IMG/VR virus record: IMGVR_UViG_3300037504_000149
Source of the DNA: a virus
Lineage: Duplodnaviria > Caudoviricetes
DNA: 64,000 nt
Reading direction: 5' to 3' (one strand)
The translations under genes were made by a program, and so were the position numbers. Positions within the stretch are counted from its first letter, which is position 1; each line of letters opens with the position of its first letter. The notes beneath the pieces are model-generated. The model worked only from the letters and a program-made list of their open reading frames with translations. It searched no databases and had not been told where the DNA came from. This document shows positions 18,506-28,080 of the stretch, piece by piece.

Positions 18506-18947
18506 ATCTGCATTTGACTAATTTATGTTTTTTACGTGCTTTCATATACAACAAGGTAGCACTACTTAACATATTATCAACGTCTAACATAAGTTCGTCT
18601 GTACTATTAATTACAGTGCGTAAATACTTTCTATAATATTTATAAGCCTTATCAATATTTTCATAATCTTCACTTGTAAAATTAAAATCTGTATCATCAT
18701 TTTTACTGGAAATATCTAGTAAACTATTATACTTCCTGTATATTGATGCGGCTCTAAACTTGCTAGTATATCTTTTACCAAATATAAACTCATCTAACAA
18801 GTAATCATATCTATCATTAATATACCTAGTTTTCTCATCTACTTCCATACCTTTAGGTATGTCTATATTAAAACTTATGTATTCAGTAAATGCTGCTACC
18901 ATCTCTATAATTTTATGTACATAATCTCTTTCTTTATCAGACAACAT
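18495..18947 (-). CDS. Hypothetical protein
   Basis: GAGGAG RBS; 150 aa. Confidence 0.7.
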   Translation of the reverse strand: MLSDKERDYVHKIIEMVAAFTEYISFNIDIPKGMEVDEKTRYINDRYDYLLDEFIFGKRYTSKFRAASIYRKYNSLLDISSKNDDTDFNFTSEDYENIDKAYKYYRKYLRTVINSTDELMLDVDNMLSSATLLYMKARKKHKLVKCRYGD

Positions 18948-19087
18948 TAAGACTCCTCCTCTTTATCATCATAAAATTCACATTCATCTTTAAACTTACA
19001 ATGTTTACAATGTTTAGTGTCTATTGGTTTAGATATACATTTATGATTTATTTCAGCATCAGGTTTAATTCCTCTAAATATTCTCAT
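18947..19087 (-). CDS. Small Cys-rich protein, 46 aa (MRIFRGIKPDAEINHKCISKPIDTKHCKHCKFKDECEFYDDKEEES)
   Basis: Below the ORF-track cutoff. GGAGGTG RBS after the portal stop; TAATG coupling to the next gene. Confidence 0.7.
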   Translation of the reverse strand: MRIFRGIKPDAEINHKCISKPIDTKHCKHCKFKDECEFYDDKEEES

Positions 19088-19107
19088 AGTTAGTAATAAC
19101 ACCTCCC

Positions 19108-21225
19108 TTAAGACGGCATACTTGTTGGTGGTGTAGGCATATCTCCTCCCATATCTTCTCCACCCGCAGCAGACTCACCCATACCCTCTCCTTCAAGCGG
19201 TGCTCCGCCTGGTATAGATTCAATGGATTTAGGTAATCCATTACCTGGGCTAACTTTACTAGGTTGGTTTGCAGGGTTGCCTCCAGGTAATCCTCCACCC
19301 AGACCGCCAGGACCAGTACTGATATTTGGTGTTCCTCCTTTTGTGGGTTGGGCTTGCTTACCACCTTGTTGTGATTGACGTAATGTCTCATACTGGATAG
19401 GATTTTTCATGTATAGAGTACCATACGCAGGATCCATAATTGTGCGTTGCAGTTCTACAGTATCTTTAAATACTTCATCAAATGGTATGTTTAATCGCTT
19501 CATTAACCAAGGTAAGAAGTTTAAGGCAACTTTACCAGTAGACATTAATTTCATGATTGTTTCAACTTGTAATGTTTCTAATTGTGTCCTAATTCTATCG
19601 TTAAATATAATACCTTCTTGTTCAGTAGGTACATCATACTGTACTCTGGTAGCCGTTTTAGGTGTACGCAAGTTTCCATCTGTGTAAAGACTAGCTACCC
19701 TTTTTGTTAAAGGTAATGATTCTTCTGCTTCTTTTAATGCTTTTTCTACAAATGCTGCTGTTTTAACATTTTTATTGTGTCTATCAGCTTCTTCAAGCAT
19801 TTTACTTAGTACTTCAGGTGTAATATCCTCATCAGTAATTTTGCTAGAATAATGCAGTTTAGGCATATAGTACCCTGTAGGTGTTGTTCTAACATTATGT
19901 TGTATATCTGCTTGCTTTCTACGATAGTATCCTCTAGCTATTGCTACAGGCATTAATATTTTATCCGTAATTAATCTAGCAAACCTAGCTCTATGTACAG
20001 CATAACGTTGTTCCCTTACCTCATTCTTTATAAATTCTGAAGCATAGGAATAAGCTCTACTACCAGAAGATTCATCAACACCACTCCACAAACCCAAAGC
20101 TATCATTTTACGGCAATATTCTAATTCACCAGTTAACGGCAATAATCTCATGCCACTTGAACTAGTTTCTATTCTCACGTCGTCGGGAGCTACAACAACA
20201 GCATTTGGATGAGATGCGGCTGACTGGAACATAGCTCTAACTTGTGCTATTCGATCGTCTGAAGCATAACCTTGGTAAGTATTATCACCAACTAAGATTA
20301 AGTCTGGATATTTCAACCTATCTCTTGCTATCCTATAATTAGCGTTCATCAACACTCGTTCATAAAGTAAATAATTTAATACACATAGTACTAAACTTTC
20401 TCCGCGTACTGTAGAGGATACGCCTCGATTAGTTGCTTCCCATACGAAGAATGGGTTTATAGTAAATCTATCATTACCAGCAAACTGTAACATACCAGAG
20501 AAATAAATATCACTAGTAACAGCTTGCATAGTTTTACCCTGCCACTCTCTGTGTAAGTCTCTATGATAAACATAGTTACGCATAACTGAAGGGAGGGGAT
20601 CAGTTAATCTTGCAGATGGATCTTCGTGCTCTGTAATAGTGAAAGCATGAGGTGGTATATGATTACATTTTTCCCATCCTCGGAGTGTACTACTCCATCG
20701 TCCTACAGTGATAGATTCACCAAACAAGAAATAACTAAGAATCATTCCAAGTAACTCATCACCATAGATACCTAAATTATGTAACATATCGTTATATTCA
20801 CGTTGTATAGCTTTATCGTCACAATTTAAAGTATAAGGTGAGTAAGTTATTTGAGAATGTAGATCTATACTATTCCTAACATACGGATGCTGTTTATAGA
20901 ATGTGTATATCATATTATTTAAAAAGTGCCTGCTTCGAGGTAGTACAAGGTCTATCTCGGACAGCCACGATTCAAATCCTACGTCATCAGGGATATAAGC
21001 ATTACCTGTATTAGAAGTTCCACCTCCAGTCCCTAATTCCGCAGTTCTAATCTGTGATTCATAACGTACTTCTTCTTGGGGAAGCATTGCTGCTTTATGC
21101 AATATATCCCCATTAATAGGCTCTTCCGTCCCACCAACATGTAGCGTATTTTTGGACGCATTAGTTTTGGTAGAAGGTTTATAATACTCGCCTAATTTAA
21201 TTTGTAAATTATTTGTGTCTTTCAC
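19108..21225 (-). CDS. Portal protein
   Basis: FYKQHPYVRNSIDLH, YFLFGE, RGESLV..VL..L, clip region VVAPDDVRIE; Gly/Pro-rich C-terminal tail; upstream of the head genes. Confidence 0.75.
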   Translation of the reverse strand: MKDTNNLQIKLGEYYKPSTKTNASKNTLHVGGTEEPINGDILHKAAMLPQEEVRYESQIRTAELGTGGGTSNTGNAYIPDDVGFESWLSEIDLVLPRSRHFLNNMIYTFYKQHPYVRNSIDLHSQITYSPYTLNCDDKAIQREYNDMLHNLGIYGDELLGMILSYFLFGESITVGRWSSTLRGWEKCNHIPPHAFTITEHEDPSARLTDPLPSVMRNYVYHRDLHREWQGKTMQAVTSDIYFSGMLQFAGNDRFTINPFFVWEATNRGVSSTVRGESLVLCVLNYLLYERVLMNANYRIARDRLKYPDLILVGDNTYQGYASDDRIAQVRAMFQSAASHPNAVVVAPDDVRIETSSSGMRLLPLTGELEYCRKMIALGLWSGVDESSGSRAYSYASEFIKNEVREQRYAVHRARFARLITDKILMPVAIARGYYRRKQADIQHNVRTTPTGYYMPKLHYSSKITDEDITPEVLSKMLEEADRHNKNVKTAAFVEKALKEAEESLPLTKRVASLYTDGNLRTPKTATRVQYDVPTEQEGIIFNDRIRTQLETLQVETIMKLMSTGKVALNFLPWLMKRLNIPFDEVFKDTVELQRTIMDPAYGTLYMKNPIQYETLRQSQQGGKQAQPTKGGTPNISTGPGGLGGGLPGGNPANQPSKVSPGNGLPKSIESIPGGAPLEGEGMGESAAGGEDMGGDMPTPPTSMPS

Positions 21226-21255
21226 TATTATCCACCTAAAAATATCTACGCATCT

Positions 21256-21267
21256 ATTATAACATAA
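21256..21267 (-). promoter_or_regulatory. Extended -10 promoter TTATGTTATAAT upstream of the portal gene
   Basis: Motif match in the intergenic gap. Confidence 0.65.
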
Positions 21268-21282
21268 GCCACCTTTCTAGGG

Positions 21283-21738
21283 TTAGCTCCGTAATTCTGG
21301 ATACTTTTGATAAAATTCGTTCCACTTTCTGTGGTAATCTCCGTTATTACGCGAGATACGTTTATTTAGTTTGTGTATTTCTGAAGGTGTACTTACATCT
21401 TCTTCTTTTAACTTGAATAGTTTTAGTTGAGACCAATAATCTAATATTTCCTGAAAGCGCCTAGGTATAGTCAACATAACTAAAACAGAATTATTGTCTT
21501 TATCTTCCTTAATTTCTTCAATACCTAAACTGTTTCTTAAATCATTATTCCATACATTAATAGATCCTGAGTATAAACAACTAGGACCACTCAAGTATAA
21601 CGCACTTACTCTACGATAAACTTCATCTGTTAAATATTTGACTCTACTTTCTTTATCCATAGATTCTGGTATATCTATAGTCATTATAAGTGTTATGTTA
21701 TCTTTTAAACCCATAGATTGTTTGATACGAGGTAACAT
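21283..21738 (-). CDS. Hypothetical protein
   Basis: 151-aa ORF with AAGGAG RBS. Confidence 0.7.
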   Translation of the reverse strand: MLPRIKQSMGLKDNITLIMTIDIPESMDKESRVKYLTDEVYRRVSALYLSGPSCLYSGSINVWNNDLRNSLGIEEIKEDKDNNSVLVMLTIPRRFQEILDYWSQLKLFKLKEEDVSTPSEIHKLNKRISRNNGDYHRKWNEFYQKYPELRS

Positions 21739-21740
21739 TA

Positions 21741-22004
21741 TTACTCCTTAGATGTTTGATCTGCTCTTTTTAATACACTTTCTTTAATTCTTGGTAAGTC
21801 TTCTTTTTCAGGTATCCCACCCGCAGCACCGGGACTAGCACCACCTGGTACTTTAACAAATCCACTACCCCCAGTAATACGCCTTACTAATCCTCTTTTC
21901 TTACAACGAGGACAATGTACATAGGGATCTATCATCATGCTATGTGTAGTTTCGAATTCGTAACCACACTCTTTACAAACATAAATATACACCGCCATAA
22001 TCAC
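21741..22004 (-). CDS. FmdB-family zinc-ribbon protein
   Basis: YIYVCKECGYEFE...CPRC...LVRRI.G. Confidence 0.8.
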   Translation of the reverse strand: MIMAVYIYVCKECGYEFETTHSMMIDPYVHCPRCKKRGLVRRITGGSGFVKVPGGASPGAAGGIPEKEDLPRIKESVLKRADQTSKE

Positions 22005-23413
22005 TCCTTAAGTATGTTTAGTAGTTCTTCATAATACATCTGTATGACTGAATATCCTTTATCTTGGTATAGTTTCTTTCGTTGGGATGATTGTCTTCGT
22101 AATGTATAATCATATCTATCTAAAAAATCAATAATAATTACTTCATTTGGACCTTCCCGCTTTCGAGTCAGGGCACGTCCAGTACCCTGATAAACTTTTA
22201 CTGGTGACTTTCCGGCTGCAGTATATACCAAAACTCTGATATTTTCAATGTCCAGTCCCTCACCCGCCACTTTGGAGTTCGCTATTACAATGGGAACCCT
22301 TCCTGCGTCGAAGTCTTCTTGTATTTTCTGGCGTTTGGGCAAGGGTGTACTGCCTTGGATAAATGGTGCATTTAGTTGTTTACTTAAATACTTTCCATGC
22401 TTTTTTCTATCAACTAATATAAATGTTGGTAAGTTTGTATTTTTTGCAATATTAATTATAGCTTTGTTCCTGTTATCATTATCTACAATACACTTCTTAT
22501 ACTTCTGCATATAATTATCTTTAGGTACTAATGACCTTGGTCTACGCTCTACCGGGATCATAATTACTTGTGGTTTAGCTACATATCCTTCCTCAATAGC
22601 TTGAGCTGTAGTATAAGTGTAGATGCATGGTCCAGTAACTGCACGTACTGCCATATCGTTTAGTAAAGAGACGCCTTTAGGTGTATCAGAAAACCCTAAT
22701 CTATAGTAAGCCTCGCTTTCCATACTATACTCAAACCAATAACCCTCATGGTTTATATGGTGTGCCTCATCTATAATTAACACATCAGCAGATTTGAACA
22801 ACTCCCTGGCTTTATTTCTAGCTTTTTCACGTGAGAATTTAGGGATGGAGACACACATAATTTTACCGTCTCTATGATCTCCTCCTACCGTATACCCAAC
22901 CTCCTGACCTAATAATTTACTTAATTTATCTACTTGCTGGTATAATAACATTCGCTTATCGAAATAATAAACTACATTTAAGTCTGGTAGATTAGCTAAA
23001 ACCATCGCTATAATTTCTGTTTTACCTCCCCTGATAGTTACTTGCGATGTTCCTCTACCTTTGATAAGACATTGTTTAGCACACTCCATTTGATAGTCTC
23101 TAGGCTCTCTTTCTATCGCTAAATCATATGTTATATCTGAGGGATTAATTGGTAAAGGATTTACACCTTTATAATCTATTTTGAGAGAATTAAATAGTTT
23201 AGCATTTTCCTCAATTACTGATATTAATCCAGAAGGGAAATACTTACCTTCATAATTATAAAATCTATGCTTCCCATCCCACATACCTTGCTCGAATGCG
23301 GGGTTATACTTAGCATTAGGTACGTCTACAGTAAATAAATCATTCACGATTTTAGATTCATCTACCGTGCTATCGGTCACATAAGCATGATTATTATAGA
23401 CTTCTATGTACAT
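22001..23413 (-). CDS. Superfamily 2 DEAH helicase (UvsW-like)
   Basis: WDGK N-terminal motif, PRDYQ, GGKT, DEAHH, GEGLDI, QGTGR. Confidence 0.88.
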   Translation of the reverse strand: MYIEVYNNHAYVTDSTVDESKIVNDLFTVDVPNAKYNPAFEQGMWDGKHRFYNYEGKYFPSGLISVIEENAKLFNSLKIDYKGVNPLPINPSDITYDLAIEREPRDYQMECAKQCLIKGRGTSQVTIRGGKTEIIAMVLANLPDLNVVYYFDKRMLLYQQVDKLSKLLGQEVGYTVGGDHRDGKIMCVSIPKFSREKARNKARELFKSADVLIIDEAHHINHEGYWFEYSMESEAYYRLGFSDTPKGVSLLNDMAVRAVTGPCIYTYTTAQAIEEGYVAKPQVIMIPVERRPRSLVPKDNYMQKYKKCIVDNDNRNKAIINIAKNTNLPTFILVDRKKHGKYLSKQLNAPFIQGSTPLPKRQKIQEDFDAGRVPIVIANSKVAGEGLDIENIRVLVYTAAGKSPVKVYQGTGRALTRKREGPNEVIIIDFLDRYDYTLRRQSSQRKKLYQDKGYSVIQMYYEELLNILKE

Positions 23414-23476
23414 AGATTTCCTAAAGAGGGTTTGTGTTATACTTTATCGCAGAAAGCTCCAGCGGCGATCGTAGTC

Positions 23477-23505
23477 ATTATAGCATATAACTCAATAAAT
23501 TTCAA
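23477..23505 (-). promoter_or_regulatory. Sigma70-type promoter TTGAAA-N17-TATAAT for the leftward arm
   Basis: Minus strand ttgaaa tttattgagttatatgc tataat. Confidence 0.75.
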
Positions 23506-23521
23506 TACAAAGCGGGTTAAA

Positions 23522-24184
23522 ATGACAACTTTTTCAGATTTTAATGAAATTCCTATAGTTGGATTTGATGTAGGATTAACGTGTATGGGTATATCTTCTG
23601 TAATGTGTGACACGAATACATTAATTAGTGTGCACGATATGACATATATTAAATTTAACCATGATAGAACATCACGTATATTAGTAGATTACGCCAATAG
23701 ACTTAAACAAAATAAAGATATTTATGGAGGAGTACTAACATATTTGAATGAAAGTATATACCATAGAGTACAGCAACAACTGCCTAAAATATTTACTTTT
23801 ATCGACTCTTTTATAGAGTATATTCCTAGAGATGAACCTTTGTACTTTGCTTTAGAACAACCTTTTATGGCAGGGTCTAAATTAGTTAAAGCTTTTCAAA
23901 AACAAGTTTTGTTAAATGGTTACCTTACTATACTTTTAAAAACACGATATCCACAAGCTACAATAATAGGGGTGGAAAATAGGATAGCAAAATTGTCTAC
24001 TATAGGTAAGGCGATAAAAGATAAGGAGAAGATAGTAAAATTGATGATTGATTTATTCCCTACCCTTGGTAAAATTACTAAAAACTTCTCTAAAGAAGGA
24101 AGACAATCTAGTATTGAAGGTGTGATGATAGCGATCGGAGCACTTGGAGGAATCACATTTTTAAGTAACATTCCACGATCATAA
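23522..24184 (+). CDS. RuvC-like Holliday junction resolvase (start ATG 23522 rather than 23387)
   Basis: IVGFDVGLTCMGIS, ALEQPF, K...GK..KDKE, EGVMIA: RNase H-fold motifs. Confidence 0.7.
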   Translation: MTTFSDFNEIPIVGFDVGLTCMGISSVMCDTNTLISVHDMTYIKFNHDRTSRILVDYANRLKQNKDIYGGVLTYLNESIYHRVQQQLPKIFTFIDSFIEYIPRDEPLYFALEQPFMAGSKLVKAFQKQVLLNGYLTILLKTRYPQATIIGVENRIAKLSTIGKAIKDKEKIVKLMIDLFPTLGKITKNFSKEGRQSSIEGVMIAIGALGGITFLSNIPRS

Positions 24185-24456
24185 GCAAAAAGTTTGTGCT
24201 AAATTTCTCGAACTGCTTATACAGCGCGTCTAGGCTGCTCATAATCTTCGGAGTTTATATGGCGTTGTGGTCCTTCTCCCCCTAGTATAATATTATATTA
24301 TATATTATATTAGATCCTACATAATATTTTATGTAATGCAGAATCAGAATCATAATGCTTATTTCTCTTCACAAGCTTGTGCCCCATTTCACAATCTCCA
24401 CCTTTTCGCGCTGCCGCGCTCAAAGTTGTCGATCGCCTCCGGCGGTGAAGAAAAAC
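24185..24456. other. Candidate replication origin or structured non-coding region
   Basis: Largest intergenic gap; AT-rich core with inverted repeats at 24282-24313 and 24318-24335; directly upstream of the helicase/primase operon. Confidence 0.4.
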
Positions 24457-24485
24457 TTGAAATTTTTGAAATGAGAGACTATACT
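24457..24485 (+). promoter_or_regulatory. Sigma70-type promoter TTGAAA-N17-TATACT for the replication operon
   Basis: ttgaaa tttttgaaatgagagac tatact. Confidence 0.7.
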
Positions 24486-24494
24486 GAGTGGACG

Positions 24495-25280
24495 ATGAAC
24501 CTAGATCACTTTGACAGTTTTGAGCAGGAGAGTATATTTTGGGAAATCGTGCGTGTGTACGAGTACCAAGCTTCACGTTATCAAAAATACAAAACTTACA
24601 TAATCAATCGTCGTACATCTTTATCTAACAATCGTAATTTTAAAATTATTAAAAGTATAGCTGATTTCATTATAGATAATGGTATCCAAGATGATATACC
24701 TAACTTCATCGCAGCTCAATTCAACCACTTAAAAGGTAACGATGATAGAACTAAATGGAATTATCCTTGGTTAAATAAACTAAAATCTAAGAAAGCTTTA
24801 AATAAATATCTACAATACAAGAAAAAAGCAAATCAAGATAATGTTACACCAATATGGAAACAGAGATTATTACAAGATTATGAAACTATAAATTATGAAG
24901 TGTATAGAGAGATTCCAAATGATATAACTAGTTATCAAGAAGCAGAAAATTATGTCTATGATACTGTGATTAAGTTAATTTACCACCCAGCCATAACTAT
25001 ATCACCTTATTATTTTATAGCTACAACTAAAATATTAAATAACTTAGTAGAAGCGTATGATCAATTTATAACATTACAACCAAGTCATGCACTGTATGAT
25101 TATTTAGGTGCATTAATTATACCAACTTTCAAAAACATTAAAGAGGTAGTAGATGGTTTGCCAGATGTTTTTTATACTAGATTAATACAGGAACGTACTA
25201 GATTAGATAAAGTATATAATTTTAAATATGAGAGTTTTATAGTATATTATAGTTTCAGGAGTGTGGCAAGTGGTAGATAA
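24495..25280 (+). CDS. Hypothetical protein upstream of DnaB (possible loader/initiator); start probably ATG 24495
   Basis: Same frame as ORF 24336..25280. A promoter lies inside the annotated 5' part. The function is inferred from position only. Confidence 0.6.
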   Translation: MNLDHFDSFEQESIFWEIVRVYEYQASRYQKYKTYIINRRTSLSNNRNFKIIKSIADFIIDNGIQDDIPNFIAAQFNHLKGNDDRTKWNYPWLNKLKSKKALNKYLQYKKKANQDNVTPIWKQRLLQDYETINYEVYREIPNDITSYQEAENYVYDTVIKLIYHPAITISPYYFIATTKILNNLVEAYDQFITLQPSHALYDYLGALIIPTFKNIKEVVDGLPDVFYTRLIQERTRLDKVYNFKYESFIVYYSFRSVASGR

Positions 25281-26631
25281 AATAACTAAACTACAAACTA
25301 CAGAAGAGTTACAAGAAGAGATAGTAAGGTTGTTATTAAGTAATAAAGTATTTTACTTCAGTGTAAGTAATCATTTACTACCCAAAGCATTTGTCTCGGA
25401 TTATGGAAGAATAATTAGTGCTCTTGTAGCTTATGAAGAAAAGTACCATACTTACCCTTCAGGTAAAGCTTTTAGAGATTTTGCAGATAAATTATTTAGA
25501 TCATATGGTTGGAAGGAAGATAATGTATCTAAACTTATAGAAGTCATACAACAATATCAAGCTAGTGGAACAGAAGATATAGACGAAGAGTCTATAGCTT
25601 ATTATATTCATTTAATTAAACGTCACAAAGCACAACATAATGTAGTAAATATGTTTAGGGAAGCAGGTAGTCTATTAGAAGATCAAACTTCTGACCTTAC
25701 GCAACTTACTACAATGATTTATGATGCTGTAAGTCCTCTGTTGGAGAACGATACAGAGGAAGTAACAGACCTACTAGATCCAGATACACTTAAACAAAAC
25801 TTAGATGAAGTATATTCTAATGAAGAACATAACAAGTATTTCAGAACTGGTATACCAAAAATAGATAATCTTGTTCTGCGAGGTGGATTAAACGAATCAC
25901 AATTAGGAATATTTATAGGTGCTACAGGTTCAGGTAAATCTTTCATGTTGCAAAATTGTGCTTTAATGGGAGCATTAGACGGGTACAAAGTATTACATAT
26001 TAACTGCGAAATGAACAGTAGTAGTATGGTAGATCGCTTCTATCGTGCTATGTCCGCACGTACTCATGAGGAAATTAAAAACGATCTAGATGGTGCGTAC
26101 CAGATACTAGCTAATAATATAAATCTATTCAAGCAAGAATCAGATAGTCAATTAGTTACATGGAAAGCAGCAGAAAATAAATCGATAATGGGTATTGAGA
26201 ATAGATTAAGAAGGGATAAACTAAAGGGTAAAGAATGGGATTTACTAGTTATTGATTATGCTGATGAATTAGTTGAATCTGGTAATTCACAAGATTGGGA
26301 AAAAGTACTTAATGTGTATAGAGGCTTAAAGAGAATAATGGATATATACAAAGTAGGTATATGGACTGCTAGCCAGATGGAGTCTATGGCGGCTGTACAG
26401 ATGGCATTAGGAGAAAGGGATGTAATTACGAGCTATGATCAGGCACATTCAAAACGTAAAGCTTATTACATGGATTATGGTTTTGCAATGAAACAAACTG
26501 CAGAAGAAGATGAATCTGGAAAGATAAGAATCTCTATCACTAAAGCTCGTCACAGTGCTAAAATAAGTGAAGTTGTGATATATAAAGACTTTGATAGAGC
26601 GTCTTTCAAAACTGAAATGGGAGATATATAA
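25261..26631 (+). CDS. dnaB: Replicative DnaB-like (SF4) helicase
   Basis: TGIPKID...GGL, GATGSGKS, EM, LVIDYAD, WTASQ, KAR. Confidence 0.9.
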   Translation: MWQVVDKITKLQTTEELQEEIVRLLLSNKVFYFSVSNHLLPKAFVSDYGRIISALVAYEEKYHTYPSGKAFRDFADKLFRSYGWKEDNVSKLIEVIQQYQASGTEDIDEESIAYYIHLIKRHKAQHNVVNMFREAGSLLEDQTSDLTQLTTMIYDAVSPLLENDTEEVTDLLDPDTLKQNLDEVYSNEEHNKYFRTGIPKIDNLVLRGGLNESQLGIFIGATGSGKSFMLQNCALMGALDGYKVLHINCEMNSSSMVDRFYRAMSARTHEEIKNDLDGAYQILANNINLFKQESDSQLVTWKAAENKSIMGIENRLRRDKLKGKEWDLLVIDYADELVESGNSQDWEKVLNVYRGLKRIMDIYKVGIWTASQMESMAAVQMALGERDVITSYDQAHSKRKAYYMDYGFAMKQTAEEDESGKIRISITKARHSAKISEVVIYKDFDRASFKTEMGDI

Positions 26632-27188
26632 TGACTGTGTATAATGATTTATCTAATTGTGATAAAACATACAAGACTATATATGCTGACCCACCGTGGA
26701 ATGAAGCAGGTGGAGGTAAAATAAAGCGTGGAGCTGATAAACATTATACTTTAATGAAGACTAAAGATATAATAGCTTTAGCTCCTAAAGTTAAAAATAT
26801 AACACATAATGATGGTGCACATTTATACTTATGGGTAACCAATAATTATCTACTTGATGGGTTAAAAGTTGTAGAAGAATGGGGCTTTAAGTATATTACA
26901 ATGATAACTTGGATGAAAGAACGCATGGGTTTAGGCCAGTATTTTAGAGGAATTACAGAACATTGCATTTTTGCTAGAACGCCTAAGAAAATTCTTCCTT
27001 ATAAAAAACGAGAAGATGGCAAGCGAGCAACTGAAACTACAGGATTTAATGCACCTAAAACAACACACAGTCGTAAACCAGAGGAAATGAGACGGCGTAT
27101 TGAGTCTATTTCACACGCTCCTCGGATTGAGTTGTTTGCACGTAACGTTGTAGATGGTTGGGATTGTTGGGGTAATGAGGTATCTTAA
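26631..27188 (+). CDS. MT-A70-family N6-adenine methyltransferase
   Basis: IYADPPW, LYLWVTN, WGFKY, GLGQYFR..TEH, HSRKP, IELFAR, GWDCWGNE. Confidence 0.9.
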   Translation: MTVYNDLSNCDKTYKTIYADPPWNEAGGGKIKRGADKHYTLMKTKDIIALAPKVKNITHNDGAHLYLWVTNNYLLDGLKVVEEWGFKYITMITWMKERMGLGQYFRGITEHCIFARTPKKILPYKKREDGKRATETTGFNAPKTTHSRKPEEMRRRIESISHAPRIELFARNVVDGWDCWGNEVS

Positions 27189-28071
27189 TAAAATAAAGCA
27201 AAAGTTTGATATCGTAAAAGTTGCCCCTAACACGGGGGAAGTACTGTGTCATTGTGACTCAACTGTTTGTATAGATAAAAAACCAGCTCTTTACGCAAAT
27301 GCGAAAACGGGATGGTATTTCTGCCACCGATGTTTACGTAAAGGAAAATTAACTGTAGAAGATTTTGAAGAAACGTTACTTGAACCTTTAACTAAAGAAA
27401 AACCTAAAAGAATTACAGATATAGATATCTATAAAAATGCATTACAGATTAATACTGAATACACGCCACCATATTTTATTAAAGGGTTACATTATTTAGA
27501 AGATAGAGGTTTTAGTTTAAAAGAATTAAAGGAGTATAATGTAAGAATAACTGGTATGGTTAATGGTAAGAAGTATAAAAATCGTATATTATTTCCGTGT
27601 TTTTATCACGGTAAGATGGTGTCATTTATAGCTAGAACTTTTGTGAATGATTCTCCTAAATACTTAATATCTCCCACAATAGATGGTAATGAATATATTT
27701 ACAATTATGACTTAGCAGCTATATCAAAAAACACATTAGTTATTACGGAGGGAGTAGTAGACTCAATTGCTGTTTCTCGACTGGAAAATTTTACAGGTGT
27801 AGGTTTGTTGGGTAAGTTTTTATCTGAAAGAAAATTAGCACATATACGTGATTTGGCTGGAAAAATTCGAGCAAATCGTATATACTTGTTTTACGATGGA
27901 GATGTTCAGCGAAAGATAGTTTATGACACCGCTGCTAAGCTCACTGATTTATATGGGTATAGCAACACTTACATTGTTAAACCACCCCCAGGTAGAGATG
28001 CAGGAGACATGAATCCATCGGAGCTGGAAGAGTTACTTAGTAATAGTCATAATATGTTTTATCTTGTGTAA
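27154..28071 (+). CDS. DNA primase (Zn finger plus TOPRIM; start probably ATG 27175)
   Basis: C.C...C...CHRC, RILFP, PKY, ITEGVVD, YDGD, D.GD. Confidence 0.85.
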   Translation: MVGIVGVMRYLNKIKQKFDIVKVAPNTGEVLCHCDSTVCIDKKPALYANAKTGWYFCHRCLRKGKLTVEDFEETLLEPLTKEKPKRITDIDIYKNALQINTEYTPPYFIKGLHYLEDRGFSLKELKEYNVRITGMVNGKKYKNRILFPCFYHGKMVSFIARTFVNDSPKYLISPTIDGNEYIYNYDLAAISKNTLVITEGVVDSIAVSRLENFTGVGLLGKFLSERKLAHIRDLAGKIRANRIYLFYDGDVQRKIVYDTAAKLTDLYGYSNTYIVKPPPGRDAGDMNPSELEELLSNSHNMFYLV

Positions 28072-28080
28072 GGAGTTAGT

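Noticed and set aside
19074-19391. 105-aa ORF overlapping the portal C-terminus
   Set aside because: Alternative frame of the GC-rich Gly/Pro tail with no RBS; the gap is better explained by the 46-aa gene 18947..19087.
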